Sequence record: MW272540.1
DNA length: 64,000 nucleotides
Reading direction: 5' to 3' (one strand)
Positions 31,587 through 43,588 of this stretch are shown one piece after another. A program made the translations under genes and the position numbers. The notes beneath the pieces were generated by a model, which saw only the letters and a program-made list of their open reading frames with translations, had not been told where the DNA came from and searched no databases. The first letter of the stretch is position 1. Every line of letters begins with the position of its first letter.

Positions 31587-32414
31587 ATAATTGTTCCTTT
31601 TTTACTGTTGTGGATATTTTGGGTGGTATTCAGTAACCCAACTACATTGATACACTTTCTTTTCAACGATATCGTATTTGGTTGGGATCATATCCCGCCC
31701 AAATACAAAAAACATACACATCCAACCGACTAACATACATTTGTAATACCATTTAAAACGGTCTTTATATGATATTGTCGCAATGAGTGCAATTATAATG
31801 GGGAGAATCAACCCCATTGTGGTTATACCAACCGCCCACCAAAGACGCATCTCCATCAAGTCTGTCATGTTAAACTCCTTATTAATTATTTCATCTTACT
31901 AAAAACAACGAGCATATCGTAATCGGATTCTACTGGGTTACGCCAACATTCATTAACGCCATCCCAGATCCTTGGTCCGTGTATGATTGGATTATACTGA
32001 TCTTTTCCAGAATAGCAAGCAATCAAACCCAATTCTTTTTGGACCTTGGATGAATTCAACCATGCTAAGTGTGCAGACCCAAACAAATTTGAAAAATGAT
32101 ATACATCTTGGTGGTCTTTGTGATATGCGACAATGTAATATTGCCAGTCTTTTCCTAGAAACATTTTACTACCTCTTACTCTATACTAACAATCATTCTG
32201 CCACCACAAATTTGATTTCCAAACCGGAATAAAATTCATTGTCAAGGTCAACCGGATACCACCCAGATTCCCAATATTCGATTGATCCTTTTTCTTTTAT
32301 TTTCCAGTTTTCGGATTGGACACACCCGGTATTATCTACCCAAACCGCAACGAAAACACCGCTATCTGGTAAAATATTAGTCAGTCTCATATTATATTCC
32401 TTACAATACTTATT

Positions 32415-32459
32415 AAAAAGCCTATACACATATGGTACAGGCTTTTTCTAAAAGGTCAA
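32415..32459 (-). terminator. Terminator hairpin fused to an early promoter
   Basis: AAAAAGCCTGTAC...GTATAGGCTTTTT; TTGACC-16 nt-TACCAT overlaps the 5' arm. Confidence 0.7.
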
Positions 32460-32779
32460 GCGTTATTCATATACAATGACGGTTTTTTCTACCGGGAACA
32501 CTTCTGGACAATCAATTTCGTCTGGTTCGTACTCATATGGGCTTTCGTCTTGACATTCTGTCGAACCTTCGGACCAACCAGTCCGATAAAACTTGGTCAC
32601 GCCATCTTGTGTTACCGAAAATACTTGGTCGTAAAACGTACTCCAACGACTTGTATCTACAATCTCTTTCTCTACAGATTTAACAATAGTAGGAACTTCG
32701 AAACCATAATCACCCGCTTCCAGATTCATGGTCGATTCGTATACCATTTCTACCAAAAATTCTTTTTGAAATTTCATTT

Positions 32780-33967
32780 TTAATCTTTCCATTTATTTGG
32801 AACAAATTGTTCCGGATATTTACAAATTACTTCCATAATAGCAGGGACAAGTTCAAGGTTTGTTCCTTGAAACATCTTCATCGCAATATTAAAGAACATC
32901 TGTTCATTTGCGAATGCACCCTTCATATGAATCGCATACTCTCGGCGTTCCATACCAGAACATTTTGCATACTCTTCCTTTAGTTTCTGATATGCATTCC
33001 CAGCAACACCAATTACATGGTCTTCAAAATCTTTGATCTTGGTAAGGGAATTAACATCGTCGATAAACAGTTGACGTAGATCATCAGACGCCCCCTTAGC
33101 AACACAGCAAACCAGCTCTTTGTTGTTGGTGATAGAATCCTTGGTCCGGTGTAGTGCAACGTAAGATTCGGTTTTCACCTTAACCCGAGTACCATCTTTA
33201 AATACCAGAATATACCCTTCGATACCCTTATCTTTATACATATTAGCAACTGCTTGCTCGATATTAGTACCTTCCACAAACATAAACTGATCTACGGAAT
33301 ATTTCAGGAAAACCGGAGACCGAAGAAGTTCGTTATTAGGGTAATACTCCCCAGTTTCACGATGCCGAACGTTCAAGATCTTCAGGCTTTCTTGCGGGTA
33401 CAGAATAACGATTTGATTTTTTGGAGAGCACCATTCCAAATTCACAGTATAACCCGCATCTTCACAATCTTGAATAAACCCCATCAGGTCCTCACGATCT
33501 GGGTGATACAACCAACGGTTTGCATCGTTCGCCTGTTCGCTATGGAGTGACGTTTTACTCTTCAGAAGATAATTAGTACGGACGTTATCAGAAGGATCAA
33601 CAAAATGGTATGAACTCATCAGACTACCATCTGCTTTATCTTCATATCGATCAATATTGTCATATTCCAGTACAGGCTTTTGAAGTGCGGAGATACCACC
33701 ATCCGTGATGTTCCAAGCTTGACGTTCAGCAAGGTTGAAAAACTTCTCCATAGGACGGCTGGCAATTCGATATGGTTCACCATTGACCATCTCAAACATG
33801 ATACCACGACATTCTAGAGCGTCTGGTAGCATCCATTGGGTAAGACCGGCAATATGGTAGGAAAATACCCGCATATGATTACCAAAGGATGTGTAATGGT
33901 CTACAAAGAAGAAATATTTATCCTCTTGGTTACAAAGATTAATAAGGTTGTTGTACAATTGTTTCAT
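32780..33967 (-). CDS. rnlA: RNA ligase 1
   Basis: LECRGIMFE, SRPMEKFFNL, motif I KADGSL, LKSK, NLEW, EGYI, VKVKTESY. Confidence 0.95.
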   Translation of the reverse strand: MKQLYNNLINLCNQEDKYFFFVDHYTSFGNHMRVFSYHIAGLTQWMLPDALECRGIMFEMVNGEPYRIASRPMEKFFNLAERQAWNITDGGISALQKPVLEYDNIDRYEDKADGSLMSSYHFVDPSDNVRTNYLLKSKTSLHSEQANDANRWLYHPDREDLMGFIQDCEDAGYTVNLEWCSPKNQIVILYPQESLKILNVRHRETGEYYPNNELLRSPVFLKYSVDQFMFVEGTNIEQAVANMYKDKGIEGYILVFKDGTRVKVKTESYVALHRTKDSITNNKELVCCVAKGASDDLRQLFIDDVNSLTKIKDFEDHVIGVAGNAYQKLKEEYAKCSGMERREYAIHMKGAFANEQMFFNIAMKMFQGTNLELVPAIMEVICKYPEQFVPNKWKD

Positions 33968-35070
33968 GTTTTAAATCCCGTCTAAATTTGAGTATGTTTC
34001 ATCGATACAATCTTGTAGCTTTTCCAAACCAATTTCGTGAACGATATCCGATAAACTATTATTGATGACCAATTCTTGGATCAATTCCGATAGGTCTACC
34101 CCTTCTAGTTCAACAAAAACCCCATTATCACAATACTGGCTTTGTTGCCAAAGGGAAACTAACGCATCACATTTAATTTTAAGATTCATAGTCAACGCAT
34201 CCACATATTTACAGTATTCATGTCTTCCAAATCCTGTTCGGAAAGCTCAAATTTTTCATCACCTCGGTTTACTGCCTCAATTGCGTTCTTTGTGAGGATT
34301 GCCAAACGAGAAAATACATCGTGATATTTTTGTAGTTTTTCTATATCTTCAATTTGTTGTACTTCTACAATCATAAAAAATCCTTGATTAGGTTATATTC
34401 ATCATAAGAGAGTTCTATGGACTCGACATACTTGGAATGTTTAACAATCTCATAGATTTTATAATAAACTTTCCAAGTTTCTTCGTTAAGGTGGTTCATA
34501 ACATCCGGTGAACTAAAACACCACATTTCAGTAAGTTCGCTAGTTTTTAGAATTAATTTCATGGACGTTTCCTTTGTTTAATTCGTTCTTGGATCCGGGC
34601 TATCGCCTCTTCTCGTTCATTAACATTTAAGGTGTAACCAATTTTCAACATATGCATATATTCTCTTTCTTCCTCAGTAAGAAAATCTAATGCAGTGTAC
34701 CAAAATTGTTGACCACCGACACGAGAAGATAAATATTCTGTTAGCCTTTCTTGGGCAACGTCACCCACACGTTGGATTTCCGATACAACCCTTTCTCGAC
34801 CTAGGTTTTTGAATAACGCATTGGCTTTATCTTCAAAATACATATTAACCCTCCAAATCCAACCAAAAGAACTTGTTCTTTTTGAAAAAGGTTTTCCTTT
34901 CGTCTTGGCTCATATTCAACACTTGGTGTTGGAAAATATTAGACTTCCAAGATGGAGACGGTTGTGTGAATTTATGAGGTAGTTCACCTAACTTATAACA
35001 AGATTGTGACAATACTTCATATATTGGAAGACCATTTTCGATATCATAATTCTTAATATCCATAATATTC

Positions 35071-35376
35071 TCATATGTCAAATAGCTTGTCTAAGGAAGG
35101 TTCAAATAGTTTATTGACAACGTAGGCTAAAATATCTGCATGGCATTTCTTAGGCTTACAGCAGCAACCAAGCCGTTTTCCTTCCAATTCTTTAAAATCC
35201 TCTCTGGTCAAATTTCCAGATCGTATTTGTTCCACCAAGTAATTTTTATATTGTTCTAGAACAACATCACGATCTTCTTCTTTCTTCAAGAAGACCGGGT
35301 TTCCCCATTTTGACGGACGCATAACAACAACATCACATGGTTCCTTGTTGATGTTTACAGCCACACATTTTTTCAT
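35071..35376 (-). CDS. DUF4326 family protein
   Basis: RPSKWGNP...LEGKRLGCCCKPKKCHADIL. Confidence 0.85.
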   Translation of the reverse strand: MKKCVAVNINKEPCDVVVMRPSKWGNPVFLKKEEDRDVVLEQYKNYLVEQIRSGNLTREDFKELEGKRLGCCCKPKKCHADILAYVVNKLFEPSLDKLFDI

Positions 35377-35593
35377 TATTCGATTTTATAAACAGTTCCG
35401 CTTTTGGTAGAAACAGAGACAAGTACATCATCTTCATATTCCCACCCAGTAATAACGGAAGTTGTGATCACCGCACCATCAGTAAACCGACCCAATTTGT
35501 CATCGTATATGGTTCCGATCAATTTCTTTTCAAAGAAAGGATGTGGTTGTACATCCTTCAAAATAGCATCGTGCATTTTAATACCTCGGTTGT

Positions 35594-35968
35594 TCAATTT
35601 TTGTTAAAATGTATGTTCCATCGTGGGTTGATCGATTCGATGAGTTGTCTTTCTTCCCAATATAGACTCATACTATCGTCAACTTTCCGAACATACAACC
35701 ACAAATTTTTACCACTACTGATAAAGTCGGTAATTATTTTGTTCTTTTCTACATTGCTCTGTTTTGGGTTTGCCCAGTTAACCACGTTTCTATAAGTATC
35801 AAACCTCTTCCATAGGTCTTTTGCTTGACCTATGTACATGACTTGGTTCCCGTAGACAAACGCATACAGAACGTTTTGGTAGAACGTAGGGACAAGGAAC
35901 TCTCTTGACAATAGCCCTTGTTTATCTAACCCCATTTTCGCGACTTTTTTAAATCCTTCCAGCTTCAC
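35594..35968 (-). CDS. denA: Endonuclease II (GIY-YIG)
   Basis: NVLYAF...MYIGQAKDLWKRFDTYR...EERQLIESINPRWN parallels T4 EndoII; GGAG-GTG start at 35968; upstream of rnlA as in T4. Confidence 0.82.
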   Translation of the reverse strand: MKLEGFKKVAKMGLDKQGLLSREFLVPTFYQNVLYAFVYGNQVMYIGQAKDLWKRFDTYRNVVNWANPKQSNVEKNKIITDFISSGKNLWLYVRKVDDSMSLYWEERQLIESINPRWNIHFNKN

Positions 35969-36990
35969 CCTTACTCCTTTGTCGAATTTTTGAGGTCCGA
36001 CAAAGACGATGATACGAAACTTGGTTTGAAACCAAAGCCAATAGCATATCCATAATTTCACTCATATGGTCGTCAATGTCAAGATCTAGATTTTGTTCTT
36101 TACAAAATTTAATAAAAGAAGGTTCTATTACCGTCATATCTGGGTCCGTGGCTAGTTTACTAAGACCCAACAACTCCGTAACGAATTCCTCACTATCTTC
36201 AATATTTTTCAAAAAAGAAAATCGGGAATCAAGGTCTTCGTACATAATTTTCATTAGTTGATTACCATGTGTATTCCAAGTACAAAATTCGTTATAAAAG
36301 AAGTATTTCATTTTTATCCCTTTTTGGATTGACGGGTAATTTTATACTTTGTAAATTCGTAGTTCATCACAGAAACCATGATTTGGAAAATTTGATTCCG
36401 CAGCATCGGGCTAAACGGGGTCTGTGTGTATTTCCCTTCTGGATAAATCCCAAAACAATTACAATAGTCTACGTGCATTTTATATAGGATAGAGTCATTA
36501 TGACACATATTATAAAAATGGTCAATCATTGCTTTGCTATATTCACCACCAGACATATCGTCGAATGATTTTACCCAAGACTCTAATACCACCGTGATCA
36601 TATTTGCGAGTTGCTGACCTTGTTTAGTCTGAACACCAAAATTATCAATATAGTTCATTTTTTGTTTTCACCAATTAATCCGATAATCCAGTCTTACAGT
36701 TGTTGCCCACATAGTCACCTCACCAACAAAGATTTCGTATGCCTCGGTGTAATAATCTGGGTCCCTAACTTCTGTGATACCTGTGTTTTCGTGCATAGCG
36801 ATAACTTTATACAAGTGGTGTGGTTCCTTAGATAGTTCACAAACCATATTACACACAAAATAAAGAAGTTCGGGGCCTTTCAGATCGGAGACCCCGGATT
36901 CCTTCGCATAATCTAGAATATACAAAGAACAAGCCCGGTTAAAATCAACCCCCTTGTCGTTCAACATAAACCTATTTTCATCAAAGAAAA

Positions 36991-37524
36991 TCATTTCATC
37001 ATCCTTATAGCCTCATCGGCTTTCTCTTTAGATAAACCTTCTCTATGGATCTTGACCAGTTTTTCATGGTCGTATCGAAGGTCATCAATAATAACGTATT
37101 TATCAACACCGTGTTTGACCGCGTACTCTTCTGCACACGTGAACCGGTATGAACCACCACCAGTATAATCTATAACACCGTCCAATTTCAACCCGGTAAC
37201 ACGAGTGAACATATGAGAACCAATACAATCAACATTACCACCATTAAACCAAGAACTGATACCAATCAATTTCACATCATCATAGGCCCTCAGAACGTCA
37301 TACAGGTTGTTTAGCATCCATGGGCATATAAGGTATATGATCCCACCACAAACCTCCCATACAGCTTCTGGTGAGACATAGGAATTAACAAGATTTGTGT
37401 GGGTCTCTAAGGAAGTTTCATAATTGTTAAGAGGACCGTCTACGTCTAGAAATACGAATCTAGTCATATCAACTTTCGCTATAAACTGTAAGATAATATT
37501 CTTGTTCGTTGTGTTTAAATCCAA
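36991..37524 (-). CDS. HAD phosphatase, Swiss-army-knife RNA-repair type
   Basis: FLDVDGPLN (motif I), ISSW (II), YVIIDD (IV). Confidence 0.8.
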   Translation of the reverse strand: MDLNTTNKNIILQFIAKVDMTRFVFLDVDGPLNNYETSLETHTNLVNSYVSPEAVWEVCGGIIYLICPWMLNNLYDVLRAYDDVKLIGISSWFNGGNVDCIGSHMFTRVTGLKLDGVIDYTGGGSYRFTCAEEYAVKHGVDKYVIIDDLRYDHEKLVKIHREGLSKEKADEAIRMMK

Positions 37525-39182
37525 TCTTACTAAGCGTGTTCTCGACTAACAGAATCTTATCTAAAATTTTATCCAGTTCTTCATGTGTAATGTTAAAGGT
37601 AATTTCCCACCTACTGTAACAGTATATACCGGGGACACTATGAGAATTGAAGTTTAAATTGGACTTATCCAATATTTCGACTGGCAAATAAGCCATTAAA
37701 GCTGACAATGCATGTTTTTCTATTTCATCATCATTGGTTTCAGATTCAACATAGGCAAACGTACCCTGACCATCCAAATAATCATCCCAAATATTAATAC
37801 AAATCTCTTTCATACCAATGTACCTCCCTGAAGTAGATACATAACTTCTTCTGAATTGAGTTTACTTCGTATGGAATCAATCTTTTCCTTTCGGAGGATA
37901 TCATCCCAATCCTGTTTCTCATTCACAAATTTGATGTTGTCACAAAGCTTAAATGTCAGTTTACCCAGATCTTCGTGGCATACCGTAATCATTTTGTATG
38001 CGATTGTAGATACAGTGTGTGTAGACCCATAAGTTTCCATTGCCAATTCTTTGGCTAGTTTATGGTTGTCAGAGTGCATAGCCACATATCCGTCAAGGGA
38101 CCGGATTTCTCTTACATCATCCCGAATAATAACCGTTGCATTACTTAGCTTTTTCATTGAAGTATTCCTCATAGATATTATCAAAAATAGAAATAGATTT
38201 TTCTTTTAGTCTATCGGAAAACGGTTTGAATGTGTACCATTTATACCAAAAAGAAAATTCAGAATTATCGATCTTTCCTTCGAAAAGAAAGTTATCAGCC
38301 GGAATTGGATTGTAGAATGAACCACTCAACCAAAAAGTAACATAATTTGAAATATGAGAAAAACTCATATACATGATACGGTTACCCGGTTTTTTTCTGT
38401 TTTTACATTCCAGACGACGAATCTTTTTTCCAAGGGCAACTTCCTTTTCGAAACCCATATTCATGATGTGAGTTTTGAAATACTGTTTTACATCAAATCC
38501 GGTGTCTTGAACTTTCCAGTAAAGCTTTTCTGCCTCTTCTACCAATCGGACAAGGCTAACTTTGTCTTGACCCAAGCTAATAGCTTCAACAAATACCGGC
38601 TCGATATCCGCATTTTTTATAAGGAGGTACTTAGTTTGGGTTTTCCCAACAACAATTGAAAACTCGTAATCCCATAGGTCGAAAACTCGACACCGAGAAT
38701 CACATCTCAGTTTAGAATTGATCGCGGATTCGTATTTTGTTTTATATTCTAGCATACTTTTGATGCCAATCATAGACAACATCAAGCAAACCGGTCGTCC
38801 ATATTCATTCTGGGTGTCTTGATTGTATGTTCTAATCATTAGTATTCTTCTCCATATGGAACATTGATATCATCTTCGAGAACCTTTTCACCATACTCAG
38901 TCCACCCACGGTCCCAAGTATACACGATTTTATCTTGTTTTTTACTCAACACATCGGCATAAACTTGGAGACTTTCAGAAAGAGGAAGACCTTTGAGGTC
39001 GTCTTTAGTCAAGTGATAAGAACGAATATCAAAACCGTCTCCATATTGCTGGGACATTTTACGACAAAAACTTTCGACATCCCACATTTTAGGTTTAGTC
39101 TCGGCCAACGTCCAAACAACATCACCTTTAAAAACAACAATTAACGTTTTCATGAATTCATCCTTCTGTAATTTGTGTTGTC

Positions 39183-39223
39183 ATGATAAACAAAAGTCCC
39201 AACCGTGTCAACAGCTGGGACTT
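39183..39223 (-). terminator. td terminator fused to an early promoter
   Basis: AAGTCCCA...TGGGACTT stem; TTGACA-17 nt-TATCAT with the -35 in the loop. Confidence 0.75.
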
Positions 39224-39228
39224 AAAAT

Positions 39229-40083
39229 TTACGAGGTAAATGGAATTTCCAGTTTACCGTTGTGTTTGTAACCTACAACCTTGACAATATCATCAATTTT
39301 TGTTGATTCATCAAGTACATAGTTGAGGTCGATACAACGGTCGTCGAACACGAGTTCTGGAAAATTATCGTGTCTCGGAGATCTGTGAAGAAATTCAAAT
39401 CCTGCTTCTAGTTGGTTTTCGTATATGTGGATGTTGTTCATCACGTGCATTACACTACCAACCTTATGACCGGTGATCTTAGCCATCAGACAAAGAAAAA
39501 ACCACGATTGGAGCATATTAGCCGGTCCACCAAGAAGAATATCTGTACTACGTTGATATGAGGTCAGATAAAGGACATCTCCGATAAGGTGGAATTGGTG
39601 CATCATCATACAAGGACGCAAACAACCCTCATCAAACCGAGACGGATCCCAGAATGTGATAATCTCACCGCGATTGTCAATACCATTCTTTAGATCTTGA
39701 TACACATCCCAAAGAAGGTCGTATTGTCCATCTTTTGCACCAAAATCCCGAGCAATAGCACCATAGACGTTACCCATATCATCTTCACCCTTTCGGTTAG
39801 GATTAGCAAGCCATGCCTTGGTTTCATTTGCGTTGGCGTCCCATGTACGGGTCCCCAGATCTCGGAATTGCTTTGCGTTGGTATAACCTCGAAGATATCC
39901 AACAAATTCCGCAATAAACATTTTAAAAAATATTTGCTTACGAGAAATCATTGGGCATTGTGTGTACATCATAACCGCAGACGGGAAGGTTCTACAATTA
40001 GTTTTTGTTCTGTCGTTGTAGATATCAACACCATGGCGATACACAGTTTCGACTATTTTGTAATATGATTCTTCAAAATTCAT
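39229..40083 (-). CDS. td: Thymidylate synthase (intronless)
   Basis: RTKTNCRT, MGNVYG, LRPC (catalytic Cys), YQRSTD, Asn in PANM (dUMP specificity), HIYENQ. Confidence 0.95.
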   Translation of the reverse strand: MNFEESYYKIVETVYRHGVDIYNDRTKTNCRTFPSAVMMYTQCPMISRKQIFFKMFIAEFVGYLRGYTNAKQFRDLGTRTWDANANETKAWLANPNRKGEDDMGNVYGAIARDFGAKDGQYDLLWDVYQDLKNGIDNRGEIITFWDPSRFDEGCLRPCMMMHQFHLIGDVLYLTSYQRSTDILLGGPANMLQSWFFLCLMAKITGHKVGSVMHVMNNIHIYENQLEAGFEFLHRSPRHDNFPELVFDDRCIDLNYVLDESTKIDDIVKVVGYKHNGKLEIPFTS

Positions 40084-40366
40084 CAGAAAATAATCCCAGA
40101 TTCAGAACGATTAAAACCACCACTACCAAGTTGGTTTGACGCTTCTTTTACCGTATCAAATTGTTCATACAGAGTAGTCATAGCCAGTTGCAATTCCGTA
40201 ATTGCGTTATGGTGTGATTTGATCGTATCTTCCATAATTTTAATATTTTGTTTTTGGTTTTCTATCTGGTTATAAAGAAGATCTACCATATGGTTTAGAA
40301 CAAACAAGGATTCATCGGTTGTTAGGTCTTCTTTAGTCAAAAGTTCATTAATTTCCATTTCTACCT

Positions 40367-40888
40367 CTATTTTTTAAATTTTGTATATACTACATTTAGT
40401 CCTTCGCATGTGACTAATTTTTGAACTTCTTGGATGTTCATATTAGATGCAATCTCTTTCGTGAAATCTGAGTCTAGAAGAACATCACAATGGTAAGGTG
40501 GGGGCATAGTTGCACAAGAAACAACAGTCATGTGGACTTCTTCCGCTAGGTCATAAAACTGATACAACATAGACGGTCCACCAATAACGCAATAATCAAC
40601 ATTCGGGTTATCTGTCATGTGGGTTTTAAGAAGTTCTAGATCGTCAAATATCAAATCTGGCTTCTGTCCACTTCTGGCGTATACTTCTTGTGTGGATGAC
40701 AGAACTATATTCAACCTGTTTGGAAGTAGCTTAGGGAGCGATTCAAACGTATTCCTACCCATTACAACAACCTTATGTAGGGTTACGTCTTTAAATTTAT
40801 TCATATCTTCTTTCAAATGGGGCCACGGCATAGTACCGTTGTGTCCAAATTGAAGCTGCTCACCAACAGCAAAAACTAATGAAATCAT
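40367..40888 (-). CDS. frd: Dihydrofolate reductase
   Basis: GTMPWPHLKEDMNKFK, VVMGRNTFESL, LPNRLNIVLS, VIGG. Confidence 0.95.
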   Translation of the reverse strand: MISLVFAVGEQLQFGHNGTMPWPHLKEDMNKFKDVTLHKVVVMGRNTFESLPKLLPNRLNIVLSSTQEVYARSGQKPDLIFDDLELLKTHMTDNPNVDYCVIGGPSMLYQFYDLAEEVHMTVVSCATMPPPYHCDVLLDSDFTKEIASNMNIQEVQKLVTCEGLNVVYTKFKK

Positions 40889-41877
40889 TTTATCTACCTT
40901 AAAAGAATAAAGTATAGCACGGATTTACCGTGCTATTAATTTTTAATATGTACACTCATAGCAAGAAAACATATATTTACTTTCTTGTCTCTGATCTGGG
41001 TTCTTAATCTTAATAGGAACACCACAAAGACAAGTGTCTTCCCAAGGAAGACACCGATGTTTCTTGTTATCTACCCCAATACATCGTATTAGGTTGTTTT
41101 CTATTTCTTCTTTTGTCATGGTTTCAAAGTTTCATCCATTTTAGTTACATCGAACAGATATACAGCCGGATATTCACTTACGTAATTATCACATTCGAAA
41201 CCAAAATACATGCTGTCGCGTGATACATCCCGGTTTGTAACTTGCATGGAATATACCTCACCACCTTTCATATAGAGAATAAGCCAATATTTCCCTTTCT
41301 CTTCAAAGAAGGTTCTCCATGGGTATTCTGTATAATCGAATTTGTACTTGACATTGGTCATAATACGTTGCTGGTCTGCATAAATATAATTCAGATTCAC
41401 TCGACTTCCTCCAAACAATCCTCTATGAGTTTCCAATATTCCGTTTTGGAATAAGGTCCATTAAACATCAAAATTCCATCATATGGATCCCCGTATTCGT
41501 CAACACTTATTTTAAATGCCTTCACTCCAATCCAAGACACGGAAAATACCTCGATTACATCACCAACACCAACAATGTGAGTATTAAGAACCGGGGTGGT
41601 GATTTTATATTTCTTACCTACTTCGATCATGATTTATCCTTTTTGTCGCGCGAATGCATACTAAGAACAAATAGTAGCATGATGAATTGTGCAATCAACA
41701 TATTATTACCATATTCTACCATAACACCAGCGATTGTCATAACAATTGATAAAACAACAAAGAAAAGGCACAAAACAAGTTCGTGGATGTGATGAGCGGA
41801 ACGAGTCAGAGACAACGAGGCGGCTACGTTTAAAGAACCCATCATAACAATAATACCTTCGATCATAAAATTCTCCT

Positions 41878-42096
41878 TTATACCTTTACAAAAAATGACT
41901 TTTCATATTCTGTGATTATAAAATTTTGACCACCTTTAGAAACCCAAAATCCACCAAGGTCTTTATAACCTTCTTCGTAATAAATTCGGAATGGTTCCAT
42001 CCCAACGATACCAGCAAATAGAAGATTGTGAACGTCTGTTTTTGGAGATTCCGATACGAACTGATTCATTGCTTCGACTGATTTGAATTTATACAT
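41878..42096 (-). CDS. Small KFKS-family protein, paralogue 8 (frd.2/frd.3-like position)
   Basis: MYKFKSVEAMNQF...HN...GMEPFRI...FIITEYEKSFF. Confidence 0.75.
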   Translation of the reverse strand: MYKFKSVEAMNQFVSESPKTDVHNLLFAGIVGMEPFRIYYEEGYKDLGGFWVSKGGQNFIITEYEKSFFVKV

Positions 42097-42151
42097 GATA
42101 ATAATATCCTTGTTCCTATAAGCTATATATTAGGGAAGCACCGCCACAAAG

Positions 42152-43132
42152 TCAATAAACTTTTGAAAATAAATCCAAAACCGCAGAAGTTTTTGCTTTT
42201 GCCTCAACTTCAAGACAACCCAAAGCAGATAGAATTTTAGCTTGTTCAATGACCATGGGGTTATCGATAAAATCGCTATGTGATCTGGATACTTGGTCTA
42301 CTTCTCGGCTTTGTGAAACATGGAAAAATGGTGTTTGGTTTCCCCAAGTGGAAATGATTCTCTTGAATGTGACTGATCCTACATCCAAATATTCCCCAGT
42401 CATAACAAGATGGTGATGACAGTCGTACAACATCTTGATACCATATTTCTCACAGACAGACAAAGTATTTTGAGTATCCCCGGTGAAAATCTTACCGTTT
42501 TTATCACTGTTCTCGAAAGACAACCATGGGATAAGGTCTGAATATTGACCGTTATCAAATTCGGGGAGGTGATCTAAGTTGCCTTCCAGATGGATATTGA
42601 TGCACGATTTGTCAAATGTAGTCAACCGTTCCATAAAATATTTGTGATAAATCAGAGTGGCAAATGATTGATTCCTTGTATCTTGGCTAACAGAGTTGAT
42701 GATCACAAACTGGTCTGGGTGAGTAGAAACTACAATGTTGTGTGAGTCAATTACTTTTTTGCAACGATTAAGTAACATATCCACCACGGATAACATGTCA
42801 TCATCATAAAGAGACCCCAAAACAGGATGATCAAACAGCGGTAGAAGGTCGGAACTGACCCGCAAAGCGTGACATTCGGTTGGCATACCAGAAACAAAAA
42901 CCAGTTGGTTATACAGGGCATTAAGATTTTGTTTAACTTTAGGCAACAACTTTGCCTTTAGTTTGATGGAATTTTTAGATACTACATCCAATGTAAGTAG
43001 TGATGGGTCATCAATCCCACAGATTTGCATCATACTTTTTCGGGTAACTGTACCCATTTTTGTATCTTTATGGGCGGTAAAAGTGGATTTAGACTTATCA
43101 AAAATCCCAGTCATACAAACAGTGCCAAGCAT
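42152..43132 (-). CDS. uvsE: UV damage endonuclease (UvsE/UVDE, TIM barrel)
   Basis: LRVSSDLLPL, STHPDQF, NIH, FENSDK, YDCHHH, FHVSQ, HSDFI, LEVEAKAKT. Confidence 0.9.
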   Translation of the reverse strand: MLGTVCMTGIFDKSKSTFTAHKDTKMGTVTRKSMMQICGIDDPSLLTLDVVSKNSIKLKAKLLPKVKQNLNALYNQLVFVSGMPTECHALRVSSDLLPLFDHPVLGSLYDDDMLSVVDMLLNRCKKVIDSHNIVVSTHPDQFVIINSVSQDTRNQSFATLIYHKYFMERLTTFDKSCINIHLEGNLDHLPEFDNGQYSDLIPWLSFENSDKNGKIFTGDTQNTLSVCEKYGIKMLYDCHHHLVMTGEYLDVGSVTFKRIISTWGNQTPFFHVSQSREVDQVSRSHSDFIDNPMVIEQAKILSALGCLEVEAKAKTSAVLDLFSKVY

Positions 43133-43163
43133 TTAAAAACCCTTTACAACATAATGTGGATGT

Positions 43164-43196
43164 ATAATAACAAAAAGGGTTGACCTAAGTCAACCC
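43164..43196 (-). terminator. Terminator hairpin fused to an early promoter
   Basis: GGGTTGAC-TTAG-GTCAACCC-TTTTT; TTGACT-18 nt-TATTAT. Confidence 0.7.
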
Positions 43197-43588
43197 CATT
43201 TTTATTGGATTCCCTTTATTTCTCGGACGTCATCAAACGTTCCACCACCCAACAGACAAGTTACAACCTTTTTCATAACAGATTTTGTTTTGTTATTGAT
43301 GGGAATATATCCAACTAGATCGTAATAACCGCTTCCATCGAATTCTAGGATTTCAACTTGTTGATTTTCTTCGTTGATACAAGTGGTGAGATAATACAGA
43401 TTATGCGATTCTGGGTCGATATCGTCGCTTAGAAGCTGGTCAAACAGACCAATACAATTATCATCATATCCCCAATCAATTGTATCTTCAAACAGTTTGT
43501 CAAATTTAGTGGATTGTTCTTTAGTCATTTTAGCCATATATATATCATTCCAATTAAACGGGGATGGTAACATCCCCAGAGAGTTTTA

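Noticed and set aside
35969-36061. Hydrophobic N-terminal extension of denA
   Set aside because: It overlaps the upstream ORF. A GGAG-led GTG at 35968 gives a T4 EndoII-sized protein.
39229-40083. Possible dCMP hydroxymethylase, or a group I intron in td
   Set aside because: The specificity residue is Asn (PANM), indicating dUMP, and the ORF is continuous at 284 aa with no intervening sequence.
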